A DNA stretch of 64,000 nucleotides from Candidatus Methylacidiphilales bacterium. GTDB taxonomy: Bacteria > Verrucomicrobiota > Verrucomicrobiia > Methylacidiphilales > JBCBYL01. The notes under the pieces were generated by a model. The model had not been told where the DNA came from. It saw nothing but the letters and a program-made list of their open reading frames with translations, and did no database searches. Positions within the stretch are counted from its first letter, which is position 1, and each line of letters begins with the position of its first letter. Below are positions 10,401 through 22,649 of this stretch, piece after piece. The stretch is from positions 6,658 to 70,657 of the forward strand of contig JBHJOR010000046.1 in NCBI GenBank assembly GCA_050329585.1, read 5' to 3'. Made by a program: the position numbers and the translations under genes.

Positions 10401-10528
10401 TGTAACAAACTGGTTATCGTTCATAAAAAGCTTTGGATTTGGAGTATTCACTTTTTTGTGGGTGTGGAACGCGCACAAAGCGGCTACTTGCATTGACGAG
10501 CCGCTCGGGATGCGTTAATATATGGAAT

Positions 10529-10891
10529 ATGAACAAACACCTTTCTATTCTAAAAAACAGTTTGGTTGTTCTCGGTCTGATGGTGACCGTGGGTTCGCTA
10601 TCGGCACAGCAGGAGTTCCGTGCCACAGATTCCAAAAAGAGGCCGGACGTTATTGCTGAGCCGGATTCCTCTACACCAAAAGATCGCGTTAGACCTCCCA
10701 GCAGTCAGACGTCGGTGGTGGTCATGATGTCGGAAAAAGGGCTTGAGATTTTCAGTCCGTTGGCCCCTTCCGAATGGGGGGTTGGTGAAAAAACCCTCTC
10801 CGAACCTGTAGAGCATGAAGGAAAAGTTGGTGACTCCAATACGGATCGTAAACCCCATGGGGGCATTCGATTGGTGGGCTGGTTTTTCTAA
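10529..10891 (+). CDS. hypothetical secreted protein
   Basis: An internal ATG at 10529 gives MNKHLSILKNSLVVLGLMVTVGSLSAQQ, which looks like a signal peptide. No family recognised. Confidence 0.45.
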   Translation: MNKHLSILKNSLVVLGLMVTVGSLSAQQEFRATDSKKRPDVIAEPDSSTPKDRVRPPSSQTSVVVMMSEKGLEIFSPLAPSEWGVGEKTLSEPVEHEGKVGDSNTDRKPHGGIRLVGWFF

Positions 10892-10982
10892 CCGCGGGGA
10901 CACGTTCCTTCGTTAAAATTGCCGCAGAAATGTAACGGTTTTGGGCTAGGTTCATGAAACCGGGACTATTACATTATTCACT

Positions 10983-11258
10983 ATGACCGAAGAAAATGCT
11001 GCTTACGACTCCAGAGCTAAAGAAATCATTGCCTACACCTACCTCCATGCGCTCTCCAATGACGATGTGATTGATGAGCATGAGTTGGAATTCCTAAAAA
11101 AAATCGCTCTTAAAGACGGGGTGATCGATGATGACGAGGCACGGGTGATTCACGAAGTCCTTGGTCGGGTCAACATGGACAAACTATCTCCTTCAGTTCA
11201 CAAGACGATTGATCAGTTTTGTGCGCTGTTTCCCAGAGAAAAATATCTCCAGTCGTAA
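10983..11258 (+). CDS. hypothetical protein, possibly TerB-like fold
   Basis: A repeated acidic 'DG/DD-VIDxxE' pattern (NDDVIDEHELEFL, DGVIDDDEARVI) is reminiscent of TerB-like domains. The support is weak. Confidence 0.4.
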   Translation: MTEENAAYDSRAKEIIAYTYLHALSNDDVIDEHELEFLKKIALKDGVIDDDEARVIHEVLGRVNMDKLSPSVHKTIDQFCALFPREKYLQS

Positions 11259-11282
11259 ATTCTGGGTCGTAAAAGACTGAAG

Positions 11283-11894
11283 TCAGCTTGATCGCATCGT
11301 CGCGGGAAGAGAGATGGTGCCGTTGGCGATTTGTTCCAATACATCGGGTAGAAGGCGGTGCTCTTCGATTTGGATGCGGGCGTGTAAGGTATCTGCGGTG
11401 TCCTCCGATAGAACCGGAACCTTACGTTGAGCTATGATGGGGCCTCCATCCAATGAATCATCGACCCAATGTACCGTGCAGCCCGTTTCGGAAACCTGCG
11501 CATCCAACGCCTGCTTCCATGCGGCCAGCCCCTTGAAATCAGGCAGCAGCGACGGGTGGATGTTGAGGATTCTACCCGGAAAGGCGTTAAGCAGAGGAGC
11601 CTTGATGACTCGCATATAACCGGCCAGAACCACACACTCGGTGCCGTCGCGCAGCAGTAAAGAGGCCAATTCCGTTTCCACCTGAGCATCAAGGCGGGTG
11701 CGGAACATTCCACTTGGGATAAGATAGGTGGGTAGGCGATGGGATTCGGCATATGTCAGAATACCTGAATCGGGAACGTCACCCGCTACACGGACGATAT
11801 CAATCGGAAGCTCGCGCTTAACTACCGCTTGGTGAAGCGCGATGAAATTGGATCCCTTCCCCGAACCCAAAACGGCGATCCGGAGGTGCTTCAT
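11283..11894 (-). CDS. purN: phosphoribosylglycinamide formyltransferase
   Basis: Carries the GSGKGSNF, NIHPSLLPDFKG and LDGGPII motifs of PurN. Confidence 0.9.
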   Translation of the reverse strand: MKHLRIAVLGSGKGSNFIALHQAVVKRELPIDIVRVAGDVPDSGILTYAESHRLPTYLIPSGMFRTRLDAQVETELASLLLRDGTECVVLAGYMRVIKAPLLNAFPGRILNIHPSLLPDFKGLAAWKQALDAQVSETGCTVHWVDDSLDGGPIIAQRKVPVLSEDTADTLHARIQIEEHRLLPDVLEQIANGTISLPATMRSS

Positions 11895-12376
11895 GAATGA
11901 GATGAGGAAAGTATTTGCCGGGCCAGATCGGTGGTAGATTTTCCGGGAACTAAGCCCAGCAATTCAATACGCGAGCCACATTGTTCCAAGATTTCTCTCT
12001 CCGGGGGAAAAAGGCTGTCCTCCGTGTAATCACCACCCTTGGCGTAAATATCAGGTCGTGCGGTTCGAAGAAAATCCATGGCGCGGTGGCCCGGGAAGAT
12101 GCAAACCGCACGCACGCACGAGAGTGCGGCCAACACCTCGGCCCTGTCTTCGGCCTTGTTCAAGGGGCGCGCCGTGCCCTTGAGTTCACGAACCCCGGCG
12201 TCGTCATTGATGCCGACTAACAGAGAATTCCCTAAGGCTGCGGCTTGGTTCAGGTAGCGCACATGGCCGACGTGCAGGAGGTCAAAACAACCGTTGGTAA
12301 CAACCAGTGGCCGCTGGTTTTCAGGAAGTGACATCCTCCATGAGGAAAGGTGCTCAATCGGTAAAACACGGGCCAT
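11891..12376 (-). CDS. D-glycero-beta-D-manno-heptose 1-phosphate adenylyltransferase (RfaE domain II-like cytidylyltransferase family)
   Basis: VVTNGCFDLLHVGHVRYL is the nucleotidyltransferase signature of RfaE-II/HldC. The ATG is at 12376 (the ORF opens with TTG at 12397). The stop overlaps the purN start. Confidence 0.8.
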   Translation of the reverse strand: MARVLPIEHLSSWRMSLPENQRPLVVTNGCFDLLHVGHVRYLNQAAALGNSLLVGINDDAGVRELKGTARPLNKAEDRAEVLAALSCVRAVCIFPGHRAMDFLRTARPDIYAKGGDYTEDSLFPPEREILEQCGSRIELLGLVPGKSTTDLARQILSSSHS

Positions 12377-12432
12377 GGTTGTATAGTCAACCTGCAAGCA
12401 AGCGCCGTATCAATCAAAACTTACAAGATGAA

Positions 12433-12891
12433 CTAAGCGGAGCGTTCATACTCCTTGAGAAAACCAATAAATTCTCTGCGGTGTTCTTCTTCACCGGAAA
12501 GCAACCCGATGGCCATATCTTGGGTCACATAGTCACGACCATCACACATTTGAATGATGCTGTTGTATTGACGAATGGCGGACTCTTCGGCGGCAATGAC
12601 GCCTTTGATCACGTGGATGATGTCGGTGGTGTCTTCGGTGGGTTGTAGTAAATTTTGATTACGAGTCAGGCTGAGTGATCCCGGAACCATTCCGCCAATG
12701 GTCTTGATGCGCCCTGCCAGCTGCTGGGCATGTGCCAACTCAGTGGCGATATCGGCAGACAAAGCTTTTTTGATAATGTCACTACGAACTCCATCTAAAT
12801 TAACCGAAGCGGCGATATAATTTTGAACGGTCTCAAGTTCCATGGCGTAAGCCACCTTGAGTTCTTGAATGATGTCATAGTGAATATTCAT
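12433..12891 (-). CDS. ferritin-like domain protein
   Basis: 152 aa with four-helix-bundle type E...E/H patterns (AMELETVQNY, ELAHAQQ, EESAIRQY, EEEHRRE). Confidence 0.7.
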   Translation of the reverse strand: MNIHYDIIQELKVAYAMELETVQNYIAASVNLDGVRSDIIKKALSADIATELAHAQQLAGRIKTIGGMVPGSLSLTRNQNLLQPTEDTTDIIHVIKGVIAAEESAIRQYNSIIQMCDGRDYVTQDMAIGLLSGEEEHRREFIGFLKEYERSA

Positions 12892-12946
12892 TGAGTAAGA
12901 CTAACATGGAAATGAAGACGATCAAATGGTAGCTGTATTCCAGAAA

Positions 12947-12979
12947 TAAAAAACCCGTCCGGCAGGCCGGACGGGTTTT
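12947..12979 (-). terminator. rho-independent terminator downstream of the PfkB-family kinase gene
   Basis: GC-rich hairpin CCCGTCCGG-CAGG-CCGGACGGG, flanked by an A-run on the plus strand, which is a U-tract on the minus-strand transcript. Confidence 0.6.
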
Positions 12980-12997
12980 GAAGAACAAGTGGCAGAG

Positions 12998-14116
12998 TTA
13001 GAGGGTCTGCAAAAAGCGAACCAGCTGCTCCCGGTTCGCACTGCTGGCGTGGCGCACGTAGAAGCCGGAGCTGGCCACAGCCAACTGAAGCGAGTGAGCC
13101 AAGCTAAGACCCAGTAACTTTCCGATCACAAAACCAGCGTTGAAATGGTCGCCCGCTCCGGTGCTGATTTTGGGTTTAGCGGTGAAGGGGCCGTTGACGA
13201 TGAACTCACCTTCCGAGTCGGCACCAACCGCATATTGCACGGGGTGAACCACCACGGTATTAATCGCCAGCTTCTCCCTGATCGCGCCCGCCATGCCAGC
13301 GTAGCCTTTCGGAGTGGAGGGGAATTTTTTCAAGCGCAGCACCTTGGCCACATGTAAAGCTTCACTTTCATTAAGGCCTAGCATGACATCGTGATTGATT
13401 TCAAATTCACCAATAATTTTTAGCGCCGCGGCCAGGTCGGCATCGGTGCGTTTGGCCGGATCAGCCAAATCGAAGAACAACAGTTTGCGCTTTTCATCCT
13501 TGGCCGGCTTGAATTCGGTCTGAATTTTTTTCCAGATGGTGGACATGTGAGGGAGCATGGTCCAGTTGACCATGGCTACAAAATCCGATTGCTTCCAAAG
13601 CGCTTTGAATTTTTTATCACCGAAACGTTTTTTGATGTTGTCCCAGCTGACTTCGCTGACGGTGTCATGCTGGCCGAGCATCAGTTTGCCATCTGGGAAT
13701 TCGAGAGCCAGAGTCAGACCGGGATCGGCGATACCATGGATTTTGGCGCGTTTGGCAAATTCAGCGAACACCGGAGGAAGCTCCTTCTTATTGCCCACCA
13801 TGCCGAGATATTCGATGGGTGCTCCAAGCGTGCTCAGGGCAAAGGCCATAATAGGACCGTTGCCGCCCATTTTTTCCATATGGGTGACCAATTCAAAGTT
13901 TCCGCTTTTACCGGCGGCCTTGGCCACACTTTGGGCAAACCCGCTGATATTTTTATACTGCGTGAATTTGGTGGGACTTTGCCGCTGATCCACCACCTCG
14001 GCGATGGTGTCCACAAAACCGTCGAATCCGACAAGGCCTTTGTATTTCAGGAGCTGGGCGCGGGAACCGATGAGCCTTTCGGCAGTTTGACGGGCGAGAC
14101 GTGAATCAGTAGTCAT
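12998..14116 (-). CDS. PfkB-family carbohydrate/sugar-phosphate kinase
   Basis: C-terminal GAGDHFNAGF motif of the ribokinase/PfkB superfamily. The ATG is at 14116 (the ORF opens with TTG at 14125). Confidence 0.75.
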   Translation of the reverse strand: MTTDSRLARQTAERLIGSRAQLLKYKGLVGFDGFVDTIAEVVDQRQSPTKFTQYKNISGFAQSVAKAAGKSGNFELVTHMEKMGGNGPIMAFALSTLGAPIEYLGMVGNKKELPPVFAEFAKRAKIHGIADPGLTLALEFPDGKLMLGQHDTVSEVSWDNIKKRFGDKKFKALWKQSDFVAMVNWTMLPHMSTIWKKIQTEFKPAKDEKRKLLFFDLADPAKRTDADLAAALKIIGEFEINHDVMLGLNESEALHVAKVLRLKKFPSTPKGYAGMAGAIREKLAINTVVVHPVQYAVGADSEGEFIVNGPFTAKPKISTGAGDHFNAGFVIGKLLGLSLAHSLQLAVASSGFYVRHASSANREQLVRFLQTL

Positions 14117-14236
14117 AAGATGCAATACGGTAGGGAATTACACCTACTTGACAAGAAAGAAATGATCTGTATTGCCCCAATCTCTGGTCAAAAGCTCAGT
14201 TTTTGCATCGCGTGAGCGCTTTCCGCCGAATCACAG

Positions 14237-15226
14237 TTATTCCATTATCCACTCGCCTTGACGCCACACCACACTACCGGAAGAGGCTCGCTTGAGACGG
14301 TCATTAATAGCGGCTCCGATTCCGGTGTCCGGCACCGGAAAGGCAATCAAGCAGCGCAGGTTCCGCGCGTCGGCCTCCCGCATCAACTGAAAGAGTCTGG
14401 CTCCAGCTTCAATCAAGTTGCCACGAGAGGAAAGTTCGAAGACCGAGCGATGAGGAATGCCGCCTTCGCGCATCAAGATAAAACCATAACCCTCCAAGCG
14501 GGTCATTTCCGGCTCGAAAGGGCTGTGAGACAGATATAGAGTCGTGCGGGGCGCGTAGTGGTTCTTCAACATGCCCGGAGCATTGGGTGGGCCATCACGT
14601 CGAGTGCGTTCGATGGGCCCGACAACGGATTCGATTTCCTCCACTTCCAAAGACCCCGGACGAGCCAACCTAAGTCGTCCTTCGGTGCAATCGATAATGG
14701 TGGATTCGATGCCTCTCTGGCAAGGGCCTCCATCTAAGATCAAAGGAACCGCATCCCCGAGTTCTTCACGAACAGCGTGGGCAGTGGTGGGGCTGATGCG
14801 TCCAAAGCGGTTGGCACTGGGCGCTGCCAAGACATCTGCAAAGATACGTAATAATTCCTGTGCCACTGTATGATCCGGGCAGCGCACTCCCACCGAGGGA
14901 AGCCCGGAGGTGGCTAAATCCGGAACGTCGGGGCGCTTAGGTAAAACGAGGGTCAGCGCTCCGGGCCAAAATGCGGCCATCAACTTCCTCGCCGCTTCCG
15001 GCACGTCAGTAACCAACGTTTCGATGTCGTAACCACTCGGCACATGAAGAATCAGCGGATCAAAATGCGGACGCTGCTTGATTTCAAAAATACGGGCCAG
15101 AGCTTCTGGGTTCAAACCGTCACCTGCCAAGCCGTAAACCGTCTCGGTCGGAATGCCTACACACTTACCCTGACGGAGCAGATCCGCAGCCTGTTCGAGG
15201 GTGGCGTTATCAGGAGTTACGATCAT
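14237..15226 (-). CDS. tsaC: L-threonylcarbamoyladenylate synthase (Sua5/YwlC type, with a Sua5 C-terminal domain)
   Basis: Has the IPTETVYGLAGD and APSANRFG motifs. The 329-aa length fits the two-domain Sua5 type. Confidence 0.88.
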   Translation of the reverse strand: MIVTPDNATLEQAADLLRQGKCVGIPTETVYGLAGDGLNPEALARIFEIKQRPHFDPLILHVPSGYDIETLVTDVPEAARKLMAAFWPGALTLVLPKRPDVPDLATSGLPSVGVRCPDHTVAQELLRIFADVLAAPSANRFGRISPTTAHAVREELGDAVPLILDGGPCQRGIESTIIDCTEGRLRLARPGSLEVEEIESVVGPIERTRRDGPPNAPGMLKNHYAPRTTLYLSHSPFEPEMTRLEGYGFILMREGGIPHRSVFELSSRGNLIEAGARLFQLMREADARNLRCLIAFPVPDTGIGAAINDRLKRASSGSVVWRQGEWIME

Positions 15227-15243
15227 GCCCTCCGGGCGGGTGA

Positions 15244-17736
15244 CTATTCGCCCGCTGTTTCGTCGACACCCTCTTCCTCATCTTCAGCGGATTCTACCAC
15301 GGGGGCAATAGCTTGAAGGGAGTCGCCGCTGCGCAGACCGATGAGTTTAACGCCTTGGGCGTTGCGACCCGTTTCGCGGATACCATTGACGTCCATGCGC
15401 ACCATCTGGCCTTTTTCAGTGATCAACATGATTTCATCTCCGGCCCTTACGGACAAGGCGGCCACCACTTCACCCGTTTTTTCAGAGGTCTTCATGGTGA
15501 TGATACCTTTACCTCCTCGGGATTGTTTGCGGTAATCGTCAAAGGTGGTTCGTTTGCCAAGGCCTTGCCCGCCAGCTACCAGCAAAGTGGCTTGTGGATC
15601 CACGATGGCGGCGCCAACGACCTTATCGCCTTTTTGAGGCTTGATGCCACAAACCCCGCGGGTCGCTCGGCCCATAGACCGAAGTTGTTCTTCATCAAAC
15701 CGGAGGCTGAGTCCCTTGCGGGTGACCAGCACGATTTCGTTCTGGCCGTTGGTCAGGAGGGTTTGGATCAGCTCGTTTCCTTCATCGATGTTGATGGCAA
15801 TGATGCCCCCGCGGCGGAAATTTTTGTATTCCGAGAGCTGGGTTTTTTTGACGGTGCCGTCGGCGGTGACCATGACCAGATGGCGGTCTTCGGAGAACTC
15901 GTCGACACAGATCATGGCGGAAATGGTTTCACCGGGCTGCATCTGTAGGAAGTTGGCGATCGATTTGCCTTTGGCGGCGCGCCCCATTTCGGGGATCTCA
16001 TACGCCTTCTCCACATACACCCGGCCGGTGTTGGTAAAGAACATCAAGTAATCATGGGTAGACGCAGTAAAGAGGTGTTCGACGAAGTCGGTGGATTCCT
16101 CTTCAGCGGTAGGAGCCTTTTTGGGGCTCATTCCTTTGACGCCCTTGCCTCCACGGCGTTGTGATTTGTAGGCACTGAGCACCGTTCGTTTGATGTAACC
16201 GGCGTGGGTGAGGGTGATGATACAACCTTCGTTGGCGATGAGATCCTCGATGTTGATTTCGCCCTCATCCGGAACGATTTGGGTGCGGCGGGGATCGGCG
16301 TATTTCTGGCGTATTTCCTTCAACTCGTCCTTGATGATTCCGAGGACGCGTTTCTCGCTGGCCAGGATGGCCCTTAATTCCTCGATGAGCTGAATAACCT
16401 CCAGATATTCCTTCTCGATTTTTTCGCGCTCCAAGCCCGTGAGCTGGTAAAGGCGCATGTCAAGGATGGCATTGGTTTGGATGAGGGTCAGCTTGTATTT
16501 GGCCATCAACTTCTCGCGGGCGTCGTCACGGCTGGAAGCGGCACGGATGATTTTTACGAAATCATCCATGTTATCCAGAGCGATCTTTAATCCTTCCAGA
16601 ATATGCGCACGGGCTTCGGCTTTTCGTAGCTCGAAGCGGGTGCGTCGCACCACCACTTCGCGGCGATGTTCAATATAAAGCACCATGGCGTCCTTGATGG
16701 AAAGCAGGCGGGGCCGCTGGCGATCTAGTGCCAGCATGTTGGCACTGAAAGAAGATTCTAAAGAAGTTTGTTTATAAAGATTGGCGATGATCACCTTGGG
16801 GATGGCATCGCGCTTGAGTTCGATGACCAGGCGGATGTTTTCATCGGATTCATTACGGATGTCGGTAATGCCTTCGAGCTTCTTTTCATTGACCAGTTCG
16901 GCCATGCGTTTGATGAGTTCTTCCGGATTGACGTTGTAGGGCACTTCGGTGACTACGATCAGATCTTTTCCCTGACGTCCTTCTTCAACCCCGACGCGGC
17001 CGCGCAGTTTAACGGAGCCGCGGCCGGTTGTGAAATATTGCTCGATGGGTTTGACCCCGCAGAGGATGCCGCCGGTGGGGAAGTCCGGGCCGGGCATCAC
17101 CTTCATGATATCCTTAATGGTGGTGTCCGGGTTGTCGATCACCATGCAGATGGAGTCGATCACCTCACCCAAATTGTGGGGTGGCATATTGGTGGCCATG
17201 CCCACGGCGATGCCCGTGCCGCCATTAACCAGGAGATTGGGAAATGCGGCGGGGAAGACAGTGGGTTCTTCTCGGGTTTCATCGTAGTTGGGGACGAAAT
17301 CCACGGTTTCCTTCTCCATGTCCGTCATCAAGGCCGCGCCGAGGTGGGTCATACGCGCCTCAGTGTAACGCATGGCGGCCGGGGGATCGCCGTCGATCGA
17401 GCCGAAGTTACCTTGACCGTCGATGAGCGGATTACGCATTCCCCAGGACTGGGCCATGTTGACCAAGGTAGGATAAATCACCGCCTCACCGTGGGGGTGA
17501 TAGTTACCCGAAGTGTCGCCGCAAATCTTGGCACATTTCCGATGCTGCCTTCCCGGCATCAGATTCAGGTCGTTCATCGCCACCAGAATGCGTCGTTGGG
17601 ACGGTTTTAACCCGTCGCGGGCGTCCGGCAGGGCGCGTGATACAATGACTGACATCGAGTAGTCCAGGAAGGACCGCTTCATCTCATCGGAGACGTTGAT
17701 AGGAACAATACGTTCTTTGGAATTTTGCATGATCAA
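15244..17736 (-). CDS. gyrA: DNA gyrase subunit A
   Basis: Has DGLKPSQRRIL, YHPHG and GQGNFGS motifs and C-terminal beta-pinwheel repeats. 830 aa, directly downstream of gyrB. Confidence 0.97.
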   Translation of the reverse strand: MIMQNSKERIVPINVSDEMKRSFLDYSMSVIVSRALPDARDGLKPSQRRILVAMNDLNLMPGRQHRKCAKICGDTSGNYHPHGEAVIYPTLVNMAQSWGMRNPLIDGQGNFGSIDGDPPAAMRYTEARMTHLGAALMTDMEKETVDFVPNYDETREEPTVFPAAFPNLLVNGGTGIAVGMATNMPPHNLGEVIDSICMVIDNPDTTIKDIMKVMPGPDFPTGGILCGVKPIEQYFTTGRGSVKLRGRVGVEEGRQGKDLIVVTEVPYNVNPEELIKRMAELVNEKKLEGITDIRNESDENIRLVIELKRDAIPKVIIANLYKQTSLESSFSANMLALDRQRPRLLSIKDAMVLYIEHRREVVVRRTRFELRKAEARAHILEGLKIALDNMDDFVKIIRAASSRDDAREKLMAKYKLTLIQTNAILDMRLYQLTGLEREKIEKEYLEVIQLIEELRAILASEKRVLGIIKDELKEIRQKYADPRRTQIVPDEGEINIEDLIANEGCIITLTHAGYIKRTVLSAYKSQRRGGKGVKGMSPKKAPTAEEESTDFVEHLFTASTHDYLMFFTNTGRVYVEKAYEIPEMGRAAKGKSIANFLQMQPGETISAMICVDEFSEDRHLVMVTADGTVKKTQLSEYKNFRRGGIIAINIDEGNELIQTLLTNGQNEIVLVTRKGLSLRFDEEQLRSMGRATRGVCGIKPQKGDKVVGAAIVDPQATLLVAGGQGLGKRTTFDDYRKQSRGGKGIITMKTSEKTGEVVAALSVRAGDEIMLITEKGQMVRMDVNGIRETGRNAQGVKLIGLRSGDSLQAIAPVVESAEDEEEGVDETAGE

Positions 17737-17768
17737 TAAATAACTATAGAGGTTGGTTCGGGATCCGG

Positions 17769-20285
<2,517 letters not shown>

Positions 20286-20365
20286 TTATGAAAAATTTCA
20301 TCCTAATATATTGGAATCCAGATATTTACACGGGATGAGGCGAAAGGTCCAAAAAGGGGCGCGGA

Positions 20366-22018
20366 TTATCTTGAGCGACCTTTACCGCGGCGGGAAGACG
20401 GGGGGCTTCCACCGGATCCGCGACGAGGCGCAGAAGGGGAGCGCGGACGACTTGACTTAGTGGGGCCGGGTCGGGAATGGGCTTTTCCGAAATCCGGCTT
20501 GGCTTTACCACGGTGCTTCGAGACGGTCGAGCGGGGTCGAGGGCGATCGGGTTGTCCAGAGGCATCAGGCTCTCCATCCGCAGCAGCAGAGCGGGGACGT
20601 CGTTCGCGCGGACTCGAGGTCTCTTGTTTATCGCGCAGTGCCCACAACAAAGGGCAGCCGACAAGGGGGAAAACCGAGCGCACGGCCTGTTCGAGGTAAC
20701 GTTCATACTCCTCGCTCCATAGCTTTTTATCATTGATAAAGGCCATCAGGGTCGGTGAGGTCACCATGTCCCGTTTTTGGGCAACGTAATACAATTTCAA
20801 GCTTCTATTGTTTTGCCTTGGAGGAGCGTGACGCTTCATGGCCTCTTGAAGGGCGCGGTTCAGACGGCCGCCGGAGAGGATGGTCTCGCGGTGGTGGCAG
20901 ATTTCCTCCACGGCGCCGAACCACCCACCCAAGCGTCGTTTTTCCAGCGCACTAGTGAACACGATGGGGGCGTAACGTAAAAAAAAGAGAGCTTTTTCCA
21001 CCGATTCTTTATAGCGCGCTAAAAAGACTTCCGGGCTGGGTAGTTGATCGCGCTCGGCACTCAGGTCGAACACCCCGGCATCGCGGGCCAAATCCCATTT
21101 GTTAACCACAATCAAACATGGTTTGCCTGCTTTCTGGATCAGACCGGCGATCTTCTTTTCTTGGACGGCCACGCCCACCTCGGCGTCGATGACCAGGACG
21201 CAGATGTCGGCGCGGTTGATCGAGTGGGCGGATCGGGAGGTCATGGCCTGCTCTAAAGGATCGGCTAGCCGGGTGCGTTTTCGCATGCCCGCCGTATCGA
21301 CCAGACAGAATTTTCGGCCTTGGTGTTCGAATCGCACGTCGACCGCATCCCGAGTGGTTCCCGCTAGCGGACTGACGATCACCCGTTCTTCATCCAGCAG
21401 AGCGTTGATCAGTGATGACTTTCCCGCGTTGGGGCGTCCAACGACGGCGATGTTGAGCTCCTTCTTTTCAGCAACGTCGCTGGAGTCGTCCGTTACCGGG
21501 GCTACCGGCCAGAGCTCGGTTAGCGCCTCCATCAAGGAAGACACCCCGCGACCGTGCGCCGCTGAAACCGCGTGCACTTCCGGAAATCCGAGCGCGTGAA
21601 ATTCGCCCTCCCAATCATCCTGCTTGATGGTGTCCATTTTATTAACCACCACAAAGATGCGCTGGCGTGCTCCGCGCAATCGTTTGGCCACATCGCGATC
21701 CAGCGGTGTCAGACCTTCTCGACCATCCACCACAAAAAGAATATCATCGGCCAGATCAATCGACACTTGCACTTCCCGTTCGATGTCCACTTCGAATCCC
21801 GATTCGTCTTCCAAACCAATGCCTCCGGTGTCCAAGAGGGTGTAGGGTTTATCATGCCAGGAACAGTCCATCGAAATGCGGTCGCGGGTCACGCCGGGAC
21901 GATCATAAACCAAGGAAATCTGGCTGCCTATGAGCCGGTTGAAGAGGGCTGATTTGCCGACGTTTGGACGCCCCACGATGGCTACTACCGGTTTGCGCGC
22001 GAAGGGGGGAGTGCTCAT
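20366..22018 (-). CDS. der: ribosome-biogenesis GTPase Der (EngA) with a basic low-complexity C-terminal tail
   Basis: Two G domains (GRPNVGKSALFN and GRPNAGKSSLIN) plus a KH-like domain. The likely start MSTPPF at 22018 overlaps the pgsA stop (ATGA). Confidence 0.9.
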   Translation of the reverse strand: MSTPPFARKPVVAIVGRPNVGKSALFNRLIGSQISLVYDRPGVTRDRISMDCSWHDKPYTLLDTGGIGLEDESGFEVDIEREVQVSIDLADDILFVVDGREGLTPLDRDVAKRLRGARQRIFVVVNKMDTIKQDDWEGEFHALGFPEVHAVSAAHGRGVSSLMEALTELWPVAPVTDDSSDVAEKKELNIAVVGRPNAGKSSLINALLDEERVIVSPLAGTTRDAVDVRFEHQGRKFCLVDTAGMRKRTRLADPLEQAMTSRSAHSINRADICVLVIDAEVGVAVQEKKIAGLIQKAGKPCLIVVNKWDLARDAGVFDLSAERDQLPSPEVFLARYKESVEKALFFLRYAPIVFTSALEKRRLGGWFGAVEEICHHRETILSGGRLNRALQEAMKRHAPPRQNNRSLKLYYVAQKRDMVTSPTLMAFINDKKLWSEEYERYLEQAVRSVFPLVGCPLLWALRDKQETSSPRERRPRSAAADGEPDASGQPDRPRPRSTVSKHRGKAKPDFGKAHSRPGPTKSSRPRSPSAPRRGSGGSPPSSRRGKGRSR

Positions 22019-22635
22019 GAGGAGAGGTTCTTTGGGGGTGAAGATTGGTTGGAATCCTCGGTTTTGCTGTGTCCTGCCAAGAGGGATAACGCCCGCCGTA
22101 GATAAACCAGAGAGGAGATGATGGTGAAGAAGCCGCAGGTCAGCACCAGGCCGCTGGACCACGGGACGGGGAGTTTTAATAATACGGCGGTCAATGCCGC
22201 CATCATCAAACCTGTGCTGGCTTTACCGCTCCAATGAGGGTGCACCGCCACCCGCTCACCATGAAGATGAAAAACCGTCACGCCCACTACCAGTACAATA
22301 TCCCGGCTCAAGACCAGCACCACAAACCAGATCGGCAGCCGGAATAATCCGGGCACATCCAGCCAGCTGAGTGCGATCAAGGCCGTCAAGAGCAGTCCTT
22401 TGTCTGCCAGCGGATCGAGCACCGCGCCCAAGGCCGTGCGCTGATTGAAATGACGCGCCACCCAGCCGTCCACCGCATCCGATATCGAGGCCAGCACGAA
22501 GGCCCCTACCGCGATCCAACGGAACATTTCATCGGGTCCGTTTTCCTCCACGCTGCGCTGGTAATACATCAGTGCAGCGGCGAAGACCGGGATCAATCCC
22601 AGACGCCCCACCGTAATCGTATTGGCGGTAGTCAT
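22015..22635 (-). CDS. pgsA: CDP-alcohol phosphatidyltransferase (CDP-diacylglycerol--glycerol-3-phosphate 3-phosphatidyltransferase-like)
   Basis: DAVDGWVARHFNQRTALGAVLDPLAD matches D-x2-DG-x2-AR-x8-G-x3-D-x3-D. Multi-helix membrane protein. Confidence 0.8.
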   Translation of the reverse strand: MTTANTITVGRLGLIPVFAAALMYYQRSVEENGPDEMFRWIAVGAFVLASISDAVDGWVARHFNQRTALGAVLDPLADKGLLLTALIALSWLDVPGLFRLPIWFVVLVLSRDIVLVVGVTVFHLHGERVAVHPHWSGKASTGLMMAALTAVLLKLPVPWSSGLVLTCGFFTIISSLVYLRRALSLLAGHSKTEDSNQSSPPKNLSS

Positions 22636-22649
22636 AGTTGGAACCGCAA

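Noticed and set aside
16768-17610. A 280-aa ORF on the plus strand inside gyrA. Similar long antisense ORFs lie at 22842-23642 in glnS, 30765-31400 in the MidA-like gene, 3072-3715 in pckG, 13547-14104 in the PfkB gene and 59696-60244 in the fucosidase gene.
   Set aside because: They lie entirely antisense to, or out of frame with, genes that have unambiguous family signatures. Their composition is low-complexity (G/D/H/V/A-rich), as expected of the reverse complement of GC-rich codons. They are treated as non-coding.
20326-20733. A 135-aa alternative-frame ORF overlapping the 3' end of der.
   Set aside because: It shares the GC-rich low-complexity stretch that encodes the Der basic tail and has no independent start context or motifs. 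It is most likely a frame artefact.
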